Origin: Podarcis liolepis | Lineage: Eukaryota | Assembly: GCA_965112155.1 (NCBI GenBank) | Contig: OZ218099.1 | DNA: 64,000 bases | Strand: one strand, 5' to 3' | Shown here: one piece after another, positions 22,464-35,169 of the stretch | Layout of the letters: each line of letters starts with the position of its first letter | Numbering within the stretch: position 1 is the first letter of the stretch | The notes under the pieces: model-generated | Told to the model about the DNA's origin: nothing | Seen by the model: the letters and a program-made list of their open reading frames with translations, nothing else | Database searches by the model: none | Translations under genes and position numbers: made by a program

Positions 22464-25400
22464 TTGTGAGGTTGATGGACTTGGATTTCATGGGGCTCAA
22501 TGTGGTGCCTTCCATGGTTCTAGATTCAGGTAGGTGTTGGTCTGATGCAGTAGAAATATATAAATTAACAATTGTTCAGTTGGGTAGTCACCTTCCCATT
22601 GAACAGACTTCAGTAAGAAGTGCTCCTGGCTAGCCTGGCCCGCTCCTCAAATGAAGAAACCAAGGACTGACGCCATCAGTGGTTTGATGGTATCTCCCTC
22701 CCTTCCAGTATTCTTGGAGCCTGCTGACCATCATTCCGTCAGATGCATTCAGAACCTGGCACTTTCAGACAGAGCATCCCTCCCATATGCTGCCAGAAAT
22801 CCTTGGATGCTCTTCACAGGGGCTATTACAAAATTCTGAGACAGACTCAGCCAGCTGATGCTCGAAAAGCAAAAGCTGGTGGGGGGGGGGGTGTTGCTTT
22901 TGATCCATTCTTGCTTATGAGACGCTCTGAGAAGGTTGGGCTGATCTTTGAGCATCCTCTGTATGGAGGTTATCTTTAGCTCAGCTACCGAGCAGTCATT
23001 CCTTCTGAAATCACTGTTCTGCTTTTCTCTTGAGAAATTAGTCCAGCTCTGACTTGAGGGAGCAATGTGAAGCCTTAAGCCTTCTGGCATCTCATTGTAC
23101 TTGTGCTGGATAGGACTGCTTTTATTTCCTCAAATATATATGTGTGTGTCTATGTTGTAGATTTCATTCAACTTCGTATTTCCACGTGAGTCCTGCTACT
23201 ATCTCTAGCTACTTCTGTTGGGCCACCACCTCAAGAGAGTCCTGTGCTGGATAGCTGCATATGCTTAATCTTCTAGTAAATTGGCAATTGCGGTGTAGCT
23301 GTCATGCCTTATTATCTCACTGGTCATCACCTGCAGGCCATGTAAACAAGCCTCTCTCCTCTCATCCCTTGGTATTTTCTTTTGGATTAGGAGCTGCTCT
23401 TGTATAGGTTACTTTAAGCCTGTGTTAACCTGTTTCTATTAATGAAAAGAGACACAGGGCTATCTGTTCTTGGCAAGCATGTGCTTGAACTTGCTTTCTG
23501 TTCTGGTGTTTGTTTGTTTTTAGGATCTGCTCTGGGGTGGCTGGGTTAAGAGGCGATTCCTTTTCAATCTTTGGGGCTTCCTCTCTTTTTCAGCAGCCGC
23601 ATGACACTTCAGTCACACACATCAAAGTAAAAACCTAACAAGTAATGAGGGTGAGTGAAGCAGAAGCTCAAGGTGGAACTGAGATCACTAATGGCAAAAT
23701 GAAAATCTCACGGCTGGGCTTATAAAATGTTTTCATTTCGAGGGAACAAAAGAAAGGGGTTTCTCTCGGCACCAGCTGGAGACTTGGGCTTTTACTTTCT
23801 CTGCTTACTTTCCCCTCTTAAGGAATAGAAAAGAGATGTATAGTCACCACTTGAAAACAAGCAAATGCACCGCTACCTTTCCTCTTTTAATCTGGAAAAC
23901 AAGAAGGGTGAGTGCATGCTGGCTGGTCTTGGCTTGGGTCAGTTTGCAGGGCATGGGGGGAGGATCTACGGCAGCCTTTTGTGATAGGCTTGTGAATGAG
24001 CCGCCTTTGGTGACTGGCAGTATCTTTCTCGCCACCTCCTCCTCTCTTTCTCTTTGCATTGCCATCATGTGATCCCCTGCCCCCCTTCTCCCCCCCAGCA
24101 TTGTTTCGTAACCAGCTGTCCCACTTACAGAACAGTTGTTTCTGGACTTCGGGGAAGTGTTACACTGGGGGGGAAATGGTTTGCACAGCATCTGCGATGA
24201 CTCTCTCGACCTCATCTCTAGGCAGAGGCCACGTTGGCACGGTCTAGTTCAAGCCTCACTCCACTTGGAATCTCAGGAGCTCCGTGTATGGTGGATCTTC
24301 AAGGTGGAGCCTGCTGTGTCTGAATAAGCAGCAGGTGTTCCAGAGGAGCCTTTCCAGGTGCTATGGTAGATCACTCCTGCTGGCTATAACGGTGGCCTAC
24401 ACTGATGCAGTCGAAGGAAAGGGAGAGAAGGCGAAACAGGCGTGCCCTGGAGCTGCGCTCAGCCCTTTGCTGGCTGGGGACTCTCTTTCGCTTCCAGGAG
24501 AAGTTGAGCTCCAGGCGGGGGCCGTGTTTGCTTTTGCCACCAGGGGCAAAGTCCCCCATGAGCCGTCGGGCCAGCCCTTCCCCGCCACCCGTTTTGACCT
24601 TTTAACTGTATGGTTGCAGCTACGGAAACAGCCAGGTCACCAGGTGGACCCTTGGGGTTGAGGGCCACCGAATGGATGGTAAGGAACCACGGGGTCCTGG
24701 GTGGGTGAACGGACTGCTGTCTGCTCTCTCCCTCGCTCCCTGTGTTTATTAGACAGCTGCTTCTTTCAAGGAATGTATGGTGAGAAAAGGGCTCTAAAGA
24801 CAAAGACACACATGGATCTATCTGTGACGCTGAATGTGGCACAGTAAATTTTTGAGCAGATGGGTTTGTACTCACATGCAGCCCCCACAACAAATCAGCT
24901 CTGACTGTCATAGACATATGTAGAAACTATTTAAATGGTTAGCCTTGGGGGAGTTATTCCTGATGAATTATGTTTCCACTAACTCCAGAATTTATCCCCT
25001 TTTATTTCCAGTTAAAGAACCTTGAGAGTTGAACAAAAGATGCTCAGAGCTGCTGTTTTCTCTCTAAGGGTACCATTTTTGCTTTATGAATTTGCAGCAC
25101 GTCGTAGTTTGAGCTGAGCTTTCTTGCTGCTATTACCATCCTAATTGCTGTTTTAAATGCTTATATGAAGGAAGAATCTGCCAGTTTATTCTAAGTAGTA
25201 GATTCAAAGCCTCAAAAATCAAAGGTGTTGGCACCATAAAGAGTAAGGAGGGTCAATTAGGAGAAGTCTTAAGGATCAACATGCTCAAGAGTGTGCTCCT
25301 TGCTGACAAGCTGTCTAAAGCAAATTCTGATAACTTTCACCCATTGCATTGGACATGGTTGTATTTAAATAAAATGTCTAGTCCTCAAGGTTGTGATGAA

Positions 25401-25936
25401 GTAACAGAAATAGCTGTTTAGATTCTGCTAAACACTTAGGATATGGATGAGTCTTGAAGCAGATTCTCTTGTTTCCTGGAATTCTAACATTTTATCAGTA
25501 TTCCAAACTCATGGGAGTGGCAAGGGTGGAGAAGGCTCATCATTTGTGGGGTAGGAGGGAAAGGTTAAACTTCCCTCTCTTTTTTTTTTAACTGACTGGC
25601 TTCCTAATGGTGCATTTAAGTGTTACATCTAATTTGGCTTTCAGTGACAAATGGCAGGTGAAAACATTTCCCCCTGGAAACCTATGCCTGCTCACTTTGA
25701 CCACTGGTCTTCTCTAGAGGCCTTTCTTTCTCCCCCATTAATGTCTGTTGTTACACCTTCTGACCTGGTCACTACAATCTCAGTTATAGGGTGATGGGCA
25801 GCCTATTGGTGAAGAAACTGCACCATGCTTTTTCTCAGAAACACTGTCCTGTCACTTATTAGGACCATGTTCACAGATGTCATGGCTGAGCTGAGATGTC
25901 ATGAGACTTCCTGTTTCAGCCGCCAATAAAAAAATA

Positions 25937-26170
25937 GAGCCATTGTGATGTAGTGTTACTGTATTGGACTTGGACTGGGGAGACCCTGGGTTCTAATCCC
26001 CACTCAGCTATGAAACCCACTGGGTGACCTTGGATCAGTGACTCTTAGCCTAATCTGCTCACAACTTTTGTTAGTATAATTGGAGAAAGGGGGATAATAG
26101 AATTGTGTATGGTGCCCTAAGCTCCTTGGAAGAAGAGCGAGATATAAATGTAATAAGAAAAAAATAAATA
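25937..26170 (+). mobile_element. Old tRNA-derived SINE (Squam3/MIR-like)
   Basis: gagccattgtgatgtagtg...gggttctaatccc...ctgggtgaccttgga, ending in an A-rich tail. Confidence 0.7.
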
Positions 26171-26335
26171 TTTTACATCCTCAAAAGTATCACAAGCAAA
26201 ATGAAATTTGCATAAATCTGTCCCATGGTTGATTCCAATTGCAGGCATTGGTTTACTGGTCATAGGATATTTCTTAGAAGTGTTGAGGGCATGAGGTTAT
26301 AGAACCAGATTACCTGCACTTGGCCTAGAAATTAA

Positions 26336-26520
26336 GGGCACATGCATACCATACATCCCAACACACATTTAAAGTGCATGGCTTTCCCAAAAGAATCCTG
26401 GGAACTCTATTTCTCTCCCCCCCCCGTACCTTCAACTACATATTCCAGGATTCCTCGGAGGAAGTTATGTGCTTTAACTGTGTGTTGGTTGTGCTTCAAG
26501 GGTATGGCATGGATCTGCCC
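26336..26520. mobile_element. PIF/Harbinger-type MITE
   Basis: Imperfect TIRs gggcacatgcataccatac / gtatggcatggatctgccc flanked by TAA on both sides; internal inverted gaatcctgg / ccaggattc. Confidence 0.7.
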
Positions 26521-27214
26521 TAAATCTGCTAGTCTGTATCCCATCCTTTTGCTGACTGGCTTTCTATACTAGAGAGATTACAATGGCGTCTGTTCCTGCA
26601 TAGCCACTGAAAAAGACAGGAGAATGCAAGGCTGTGTATTGATAACATCTGGCTGGCCTGTGCTTGCCTATGGCCAAGGCTCTTAGGATGTTTAAGATCC
26701 CTCTGAGATAACATACAAGTTACGCACCAAAGCCAACACTTGCCCCTCAAGAGACTTGTTAGCCAAGTGATGATGCTTTTTTGTTGTTGTTTTGGAAACC
26801 TTGTGAGGCGGGAGGCCCCTTGTGTTGGAGAATATATTGGTTTCCGTCTCCAGTTGCTAGCAGTGCAGGAGCGAGATTAAATTCTAATTTCATATCTGAA
26901 TTAATGCTGAAAAGACCCAGAGTGATAAAGTGGTGAAACAAAACCAGTAAAACATTAAATGAGGAACATTGAGGTGGCAATGTTCAGATGCAGAATCCCA
27001 CGCAGACTGCTTCCCAACAGTCCTGCAAAAAGATGTTTTCCTTGCATTTCTACAATGTCACCGTGAAAATCATTGCCACACTTCTTCTGGGAACTCATTC
27101 CAAACCTGCTAGAAAGGTCCTGCTCCTTCCAATTGAAGTTTAACTTCTGGAAGATGGGGATTTTTATCTGGGCCCAACCAGAAGTTCCTAATGGGAGGCT
27201 AGTGTATGTGTGTC

Positions 27215-27628
27215 AGGAACACAGGAAGCTACCTTCCACCAAAGCAGACAATTGGTCAGTCTAATTTAGGGATGGAGTCCCTGTGGCCCTCCAGATGTTG
27301 GACTCCATCTTCCATCAGTCCCAGCTGGCATGACCAATGACCAGGGATGATGAGAGTTGTGGCCCAACAACATGGATGGCCACAGGTTCCCATCTCTAGT
27401 CTATACTGACTGGGAGCACCTTTCCAGGATTTCAGACAGGTCTTTCCCAACCTACTCGGAGATACTAGAGATTGAGCCTGGAGCCTTCTGCATGTAAAGC
27501 AGGGGTGGGGAACCTGGGGCCCTCCAGCTGTTCTTGGACTTTTTACTCGCATCGGCCCCAGCCAGCATGGCCAATTTAAGGGACAATGGGAGCTGGAGGT
27601 GAGCAATATCTGGAGGCCCAGAGGTTTT
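27215..27628. mobile_element. Nested repeats: minus-strand SINE interrupted by a hAT MITE (27267-27398), followed by a second MITE copy (~27500-27628)
   Basis: The SINE sequence resumes after the MITE at duplicated gtcta; the uninterrupted SINE type is seen at ~55058-55190. Confidence 0.6.
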
Positions 27629-30600
27629 TCAGTTGCATGTGCCCTATTGCTATACGGGTGTCCCCCCTACTTAGGCAGAGATTATGTTTCAGGGCCCACG
27701 CACATAAGCAAAAATCGTGTAAGTGGGGAGCACCCTCTAAAAAGCCTCTGAACGCTTCCTTTTCCCTGCTCTCCAGCTCTCTCTACAATGCAGACTAAAA
27801 TATCAGCTCTGGGGCTGGTTGGAGGCTGGAGGACACGCAGGCAAGTAGTGGCGGTGGTGGCTGCTGCAGTACCCCGCCCATCAGCTGTTAGGGAGGGAGG
27901 CTGTGTGCTCGGGTCTCTTTGGGGCTTCCTCCGCCGTCACTGATGTCTTTTTCAGGCTCTAGGGAGGGTCTCCTCACAAGCAACAAGGACTGTTCAGCTC
28001 TCTCCCACGATTTCCTGCTTTGCATTTTTTTATTTATTTCCTGGCACTGCATCTATATGTGTTTGTGTACAAGTTTATTGCCTGTAGTCTTTCCCCCTTG
28101 TATGGCCAGAATGCCTAGTAACCTCCAGTTACTTCAGCTTCCCTTCTGATAGGGAGTACAGTTCATCTCCTTGAGCAGCCTGGACCTTGTTTTTACTCCA
28201 TGCAGAAGATACCATCTGCCTGGGAATGCAAATGGTGCCATACCAACAATTATTTGAAGCATGTGTGGTTCCACAAAATGTGTTCCGTAAATAACACTGG
28301 GGCTTTTAATCCCTAGTGCAGCTTTTCTTTTGTATTCCTTTCCATTTGTTTATTCTTAAGGCGTTTATATGCAGCTTAATCATAAGCATTTCCACCAAGT
28401 ATTTTGTGAGAGGACCGCAACCTAAGCTGCAGAGCAGCTAAAATAGCACTTGGAGGTGGCTTTCTCCATGGGAAGCACAAAATAAGTTTTTTTAAAAAAA
28501 TAAATACAGCACGTCCATCATACGATGCTCTAATTTGCCATGCTCATGAAAATCATATGCAAATTGTATTTCATGTGGATTAGCACTGAACTTTCAGCTC
28601 CTGCAGCTTTTCTCGAGGTGCCCCTCTTTCGAACAAGGTGCTCCACCTTGGCTGTCGCTTTGCTGATCTCCGAAGTGCAGAGATAAAAGAGGTGAATTCG
28701 TGTGTCTGATGCGAACAGCTTCTGCGTGGTGAATAAGCCTGGTGGGAAAACTCTTTGAGGACGAAAGCGTGCATGGTGGAGATCGGCGCAGTTAAAGAGC
28801 GTGCCTGCCTATGTTGCTTGAGTGCCCTGTGCTCAGTTTATCTGCCAGCAATGCAGCCTAGTAGTTGTGTTTTGGATACAGTGGGAGAAGAAGGAGATAC
28901 CGGAGGCTTTGAAAGATTACTAGGGCTGCATCTCTATTAGCCCCCCTATGCTCTGGTGTTTACCTTGGCACAGGTCAGTCTGTGAGGCTCTTGTGCAATT
29001 GGACATGGTCGATTAGTTCCATAAGCTGGATTCAGGGAGTCTGACCAAGCCAATGTGAATAGAAAATGCCTTCATCGGGTTCACTGTTTAAGGGGTGCTC
29101 TCAGCTCAAATGGTGTAATGGAGAGTTATTTCTGTGGCAAGAGATGCTTTTAACACCTGGGGCTTTGTCGTAATGAGGCAAATGGTGTGTTTCTGCTCTT
29201 TCCCCCTTGTTGCTTCTATTCAGCCAACCAATTTCTTGTTCTGTTGTCATCTGCAATTCTGGCTGCAACAGCGGTTGAAGATGTGTGGGGAGGGGAGCAT
29301 AATTAGGAAGGGAAATGGCTTGAGAATCCAACCCCCTTGGGCCAACCCAGTCTTGTATACAGCATACTGTCTCTCCCAGCAGCTAGCATAAGAAACCTAT
29401 TACAAGAAAGGTAGAAGAGCCCTCTAGTGGTCATAGAAAGGATGTTTTCACACATATATTGGGTATCTTAATCTGCAACAGAAATTTGCTGAAGCCCTAA
29501 AGCTGGGGTGGGGAGCCTGTGTCCCCCAGAAGTTGCTGGACTATAACTCCCATAATCCCAGACCATTAACCATATTGGCTGAGGCTTATGGATGGCCCAC
29601 TTTAACTGATTCCGCAGCCCCGCCCTATGCACTTCAGATCTCATGAAGGCAACCCTCTTAAAGGAAACAAGGGGCACCCAAAAATAAAGTAATGATTTCT
29701 GCATACTCAGAGGACTCTCTGGGAGACATGCAGAAGTATGTAAGTTTGTGAGCTGAAAGAACAACTTTTTGAAAAGAGGAAAAAAAGCATTGTGGGCATT
29801 TTAAGACCTTTGGAATGTCAGTGACATACAGAAAAATAGACTATTTACTGGTGCAGTTCATCTCTGTCGGAAGAGGGAAATTCTAGGTTCATGTTGCACC
29901 CCAAAAGTAAGAGGTGCTGTCTTTTTGCTGCTAGCCTCTTCTGGGAGGGGGTTGGGGGCCAGGGAGGGGGGCCATGCTGCTGTTGCTGTCCATTTACAGC
30001 AATGTTAAAATCCTGGGTTTCCTTCATTGTTTTATGTGAGCAGCTCTTAGTTCTGCCCTGGAGGATGGAAAAAGTGGGTCAGATTAGAAGTTGGGCATGC
30101 TGCGTTAGTCTAGCAATTATGTCTATGGCTGCAGGCTGTTGAGCCATAGAATGATGGTGTCAGTTAAAAGTGGCAAGCAGAGGGGGAGGTTGGGGGAGGC
30201 ATGACATGAGGCTAAAATATTTTCACCCTATATATTCCTCTATTTTGGTAATTTTTTTAAAAAAAAGAAGGTGCTTGTACTCATGTCTTGATAAAAGTGC
30301 TGTGGGTACCAGCACCAAATGGCTACCTTGGCAGCAAAAGGTGCCTGCACTCCATATTGGTGAGTGCTGCCCTCCCAGAAACAATATATGCACACATTCA
30401 GACTTATATCTCAATAAAACACTTGGGTTCAGGATTGGCAACCAGCCTTGAACCCTGGGCAAGTTAGCATTTATAGCAGACTCGGGGAATGTTTATGACA
30501 TGTGGGAAAGCAAAAATATGTGAATCTTGAATAGTACTGCTGGCCTCCTGTTTCAGGCTATGTGGAACCCTGTACATTTAGAATTATTTTCTCTGTATGC

Positions 30601-30991
30601 CCAAGTAGCTGAATTAAATCCAAAGGTGTGCCAGATACATTAAAATTGAGAAAAGGTGAAGCCCATTCCTTTGTTTTTCAGATCTAGCAAAAAGATTGTA
30701 AAATGCTGACCTACAGCTCCCATCTTTCTTGACTGTTCCTGACCATTCTGGCTCAGACTTACGGGAATTGGAGCCTAGTGACACCTAGAGGGCCACAAAA
30801 CTTAACAGAATTCTGCTGCCTTTTGCAAACTTGCTTCAAAGCGTTCCGGTCAGTGAGAGTGCTTCAGAAAGGAAAGCTGAATCTGCTCTTCCCCAGCCTT
30901 CTCAACTCAGGCTGGGGGTACCATGGCCACAGAATACAGCTCTTCACGTTGGGTCTGTAATACAGGGGGAGGGAACAGCTGTCTTTGGAAA

Positions 30992-31182
30992 GGGCCATAG
31001 CTCAGTGGCAGAGCATATACTCCTGTGTGCATTGAAGGTCCCAAATTCAATTGCTTGTACTGCTAGCAAGGTTGAAAAAGTGTCTCACCTGCCAGCCTGT
31101 GGAGTTGCTGGCAGTCAGGTGTTGCAGGCAGTGCTGAGCAAGATGGGCCAGTGGGCTGATTTTGGCACAAGGCAGCTTCTAC
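30992..31182 (+). mobile_element. tRNA-derived SINE (Squam2-like)
   Basis: tRNA-like head GGGCCATAGCTCAGTGGCAGAGCA...AAGGTCCCAAATTCAATT followed by a CR1-like tail ending aaggcagcttct. Confidence 0.65.
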
Positions 31183-31354
31183 TACTTAGAAAACATTTAT
31201 TAGATGTGCGTTCCAGCACAGAAGCCATCCGCTGCACAGAGTTCAAATAATGGTTTAAAGCAAATCTATCAAATAAGCCGCTAGACGAAATTTCATGAAA
31301 TGATAGGGGTCATTAGTGTGGGAGATGAAGAAAATGTGGGTAGAGCTTGTTGGG

Positions 31355-31663
31355 TTAAAAATAGGGCTAGCTGAACATGCCCACGCTTGCCTTGTACTGT
31401 AGGGGAGTGCTCAGACTCCCAATAACTTTTTCTGTCTTAAAAAAAGAAATCTACAAAATGGTGTGAGCATTTCTTCAAAGGCACTCTTCAAGCTGGATGA
31501 TTCAGAAGCACTGCAGAATGGCAGGTGAGCTTCAGAGTGAGCGAGCGCCTCATGTTCCACATTGGGACACACAAACTCCTGCACAGACACTGATGGGATC
31601 TAAATGAGCTGTCACTACTGCCAGCGAGGGCTTGGGGTCATGGTAGAAAGCGCAGTGACGTCA
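31355..31663. promoter_or_regulatory. Candidate intronic regulatory cluster: MEF2 site (TTAAAAATAG, 31355-31364) and full CRE (TGACGTCA, 31656-31663)
   Basis: Exact consensus matches in apparently non-repeat sequence; function untested. Confidence 0.4.
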
Positions 31664-32593
31664 TCTCAGTGTGCTGGCGCAGTGGAGGAAAAGCAAATCT
31701 GATACTGGGAATTACTATGAAAAGGGACTGAAAATGAAACGGCAAGTACGCCAGGATGAGACTCTGGTATGGCTGTGCTTGGAATGCCAATGTAGTTCTA
31801 GTGGCCTGGTTTTGAAAAAGAGATCACAGAAGGGGAGGAAAGTAAAGAAATGGGTGGCTAAAGATATTCCGGTGGATGGGACTTCCTTCGAAGAGAAGTT
31901 TAGGCCGCACACTTATTTAGTTCACAAAATTAGGAATGGTGTGAAAGAAACCAAAACATTGGAGTTTGAAGTTCTCTAATACTTTGACAGCAAGTTCAGG
32001 ACAAATTAAAGCAAGCACTGTTTTCAACTTAAGGAATTCATCCCACAGTTTGGAAGGCTACTAACACTGTCATTGTCACTGTCAACTGGAATAGGTTTAG
32101 CTCCCATAGATGGGTCTATCAATGGCTGTAGGTCATGGTTTGCAGATGCACTATATCTTTCCTTAGCAGAGGCAGCGAACAGAGGATGATTATTGAAATG
32201 TCCTAGTTATCAATTTTCCAGGGGTATGTGGTTGGTCCTGGTTAGAGACCATATACTATACTTGATGAACCTAGAATTCTGATCCTGCAAGATTATTGTT
32301 GCCAACATCCAACAAGAGGAACAAACAATTACTTGCACTTTCACACTTGTATTACGTTTTTCCAAGGAACTCAAGGTAACGTATGTGGGATTATCAGTTT
32401 TTTCCTCCCAGCAGCCTTGTGAATTAAGTTATGTTGCTTGTGTGATTTTCCCCCGCCCCACCCCGCAAAAAGACCCCTTCAAAACCATTGAGCTTCATCG
32501 TTCAAATTCAGTTATCTATCCACTACACCACAATGACTCTTACAGTGCCATTTGAAAGCTGGGAGAACAGCACATCACAATTATAGCCTTGAG

Positions 32594-32903
32594 CAGGGGT
32601 CAGCAGGGGGCTGGTCCACTGTCCCTCAGACCTTGTGGGAGGCTGGACTATATTTTGGGGGGGAAGAAATGAAAGAATTCCTATGCCCCACAAATGACCC
32701 AAAGATGCATTTTAAATAAAAGCACACATTGTACTCCTGTAAAAACACCAGGCAGGCCCCACAAATAACCCAGAGATGCATTTTAAATAAAAGGACACAT
32801 TCTGCTCATGTAAAAACCCGCTGATTCCTGGACCATCCGTGGGCCGGATTTAGAAGGTGATGGGGCCGGATCTGGCCCCCGGGCCTTAGTTTGCCTACGC
32901 ATG
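32594..32903. mobile_element. hAT-type non-autonomous element with internal ~62-bp direct repeat
   Basis: Ends caggggtcagca / ttgcctacgcatg; near-TSD gccttgag / gcccttgag; repeats at 32685-32746 and 32756-32817. Confidence 0.7.
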
Positions 32904-33254
32904 GCCCTTGAGGCCCTTGAGGAATGATGCAAGTTCACTGGGCAAGAAATTGTACAGCAGTCAGTAATGATGAGACATGTGGTCCAACACCATCTGGTAA
33001 CCCAAGAATGAGAGAGGTTGTCTTAAGGAATTTTTTTCCTGTTCCTGGTGGCCTATCTAAATTTTAGCCAAAGTGGTTTTTTAAATCACAGTTTCTCTTA
33101 TTTGAAATATACATATTGATGAGGCAGTATTGCATCTTTCTCTGATTTGGCATGTAAATGCACATGTTTGGATTGCAATGCAATGTCTTGAGTTTTGTGT
33201 GCCATAACTTGGAAGCCCATATTGCTAGGGGATATCAGCTTCATTATGGAGTCA

Positions 33255-33705
33255 GGCGAATGTTCACAGCTCACTTTCAGGCAAAATAAACTCCCAGCCC
33301 CTAAACCACACTCTGAACCTAACACTAAACCAAGGTTTATTAAACTATGGTTTATGAAACCACGGCTTAGTATTTTGTGCAAAGCCTGCCTAGTGGCTTG
33401 ACTATGGTTTGTTTACTGCTAACAAACCATGATCTGAAGCTGTGGTTCGTTGCTGGTTTATGACCCTTAGTTTGTTGTAATTAAGTTTTGCAACTCTCAC
33501 CAAGCCAAACACCCTTCCTTAACCATGGTTTGTTTGGCCTCCCCACTCCAGATGCTCACTGAACTACAAAGGCATGAGTTGAGAGCAGCTGAAAATTGAA
33601 CCAAACTTTGGAGAAAAACAAGCCATGGTTTGCTTGCTCATCTGTGAGACAACTCATGGCTTGTTTTAACAAACCGTGGTTTAGTGTTCTGTGTGAACCA
33701 GGCCT
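33255..33705. repeat. Palindrome-rich repeat (multiple AACCATGGTT-like motifs), probable foldback MITE
   Basis: Repeated aaaccaagg / aaccacgg / aaccatggttt / aaccgtggttt; aacactaaacca..gttt near the left end pairs with aaaccgtggtttagtgtt near the right end. Confidence 0.55.
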
Positions 33706-34649
33706 CTGTCTGGAGAACAGAGCAGCCATCAAGAATGCAGAATTGTTCCCTCCCTTTGCCTAGACCTCAAGACAGGGTTGTTGGTTTAGAGTGCAGTTGG
33801 AGGCTCTTGGGCATGACGCAGGAGCGACTGACGGCCTGAGGTTAGATGAGATCATAGTGCTCAGCCTGGCCTTAAGGCCTGTGGTGCTCTGTCGCTGTCG
33901 GGGGTCCCTCATGGCTTATGGAAGAGGTCAGTGTTCTGGAGATTGGGAGGGGTGATTGCTGCCCCTTTTTGGAGGGGGGCCCATGGAGCTAAAATATAAT
34001 GCTGAGATGGCCCTAGGAAGGGGGGAAGAGCTGCCAGAATTTTCTTACGTGGCAAAAGAAATCTTGAGGAGTGGGGAGGGGGCTGGGATCTGTGCAGGAA
34101 GGTGTAAGCTGGTGGCGCTCTGTAAGTAATGTGGATAAAGCAGGAGACAAAGGGAAAGTAGGTCAGACAGGCTGAGCTGCAGCTCCACGTCTGTTTGTGT
34201 GCGTGTCTCGGGGAAATCCAGCCGCTCTGTGCTGCAGCATGAAGGAATTGGGTGGGAGGATTGCTGTGAAGGTTTGGAGTGGGAGGATGCTATGAAAGCA
34301 TCCCCAGACTGCGCCTGCCCATGTTCCCTTTGTGTCAGGTACCTCTCCTGCAGGAAATAAGAGGCTGGTGCAAAGCAACCTTATTTCAGGGGCTCCTCCA
34401 TTTTACGGTCTTCTGATCTCATGCCAGGAGAAGCTGCATCTCCACGATGGGAGGGGGGAACTCAAAATGAGCTTTTTTCTGGTGGATGCAGGGGCAGACT
34501 TAACTCCACATTCTGAACTGGGAGCCAGGATCCCTGGAATCGGTAGTCAGGCTCCATTTCTGTAGATGGTAGCGAACCGTTCAGCAAATTTACCCTGGTT
34601 GAGGAGTGCTTGCTCGGCCTTTTCTGCTTCTCTTTGCTTTATGTAGATA

Positions 34650-34899
34650 CAGTCGTACCTTGGATCCCAAATGCCTTGCAACTCAAATGCTTTGGCTCCC
34701 AAACGCCGCAAACCCGGAAGTGAGTGTTCTGGTTTGCGAATGTTCTTTGGAAGCCAAACATCTGACGTGGGTTCCGCAGGTTCTGATTGCATGCCGGAAG
34801 CTCCAGCAGCCAATTGGAAGCCGCGCCTTGGTTGCTGAATGTTTTGGAAGTTGAACAGACTTCTGGAACGGATTCCATTCGGCTTCCAAGGTACAACTG
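34650..34899. mobile_element. Tc1/mariner (Tigger-like) MITE
   Basis: TIRs cagtcgtaccttgg / ccaaggtacaactg with TA on both sides. Confidence 0.82.
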
Positions 34900-35169
34900 T
34901 ATATGCTGTGCTTGGCCCCAGTGGATGATGGGATCTTGAGGGCTTAGTTTGTAAGGTTGTTGTTTCATAGAATCATAGAGGTGGCAACTGCCAACTGCAG
35001 TATTGTTGATAGGTGGCCATCCAGCCTGCTGTTCTTGATGCTGATATGTAGTTGTTTTTCTCACAGAGTGACCCGAAGAAACTTCCATTGAAAACAATAG
35101 CAAAAAACACAGCAATACAATTAAAAGGCAGGTCTGATAGATTCCTAGCCAACACGAAAAGAGGCCACA

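Noticed and set aside
30992-31060. tRNA-like sequence
   Set aside because: Degenerate SINE head with a LINE-like tail; no intact cloverleaf.
32685-32817. Direct repeat pair suggesting an array
   Set aside because: Only two units, internal to a hAT element; not CRISPR-like.
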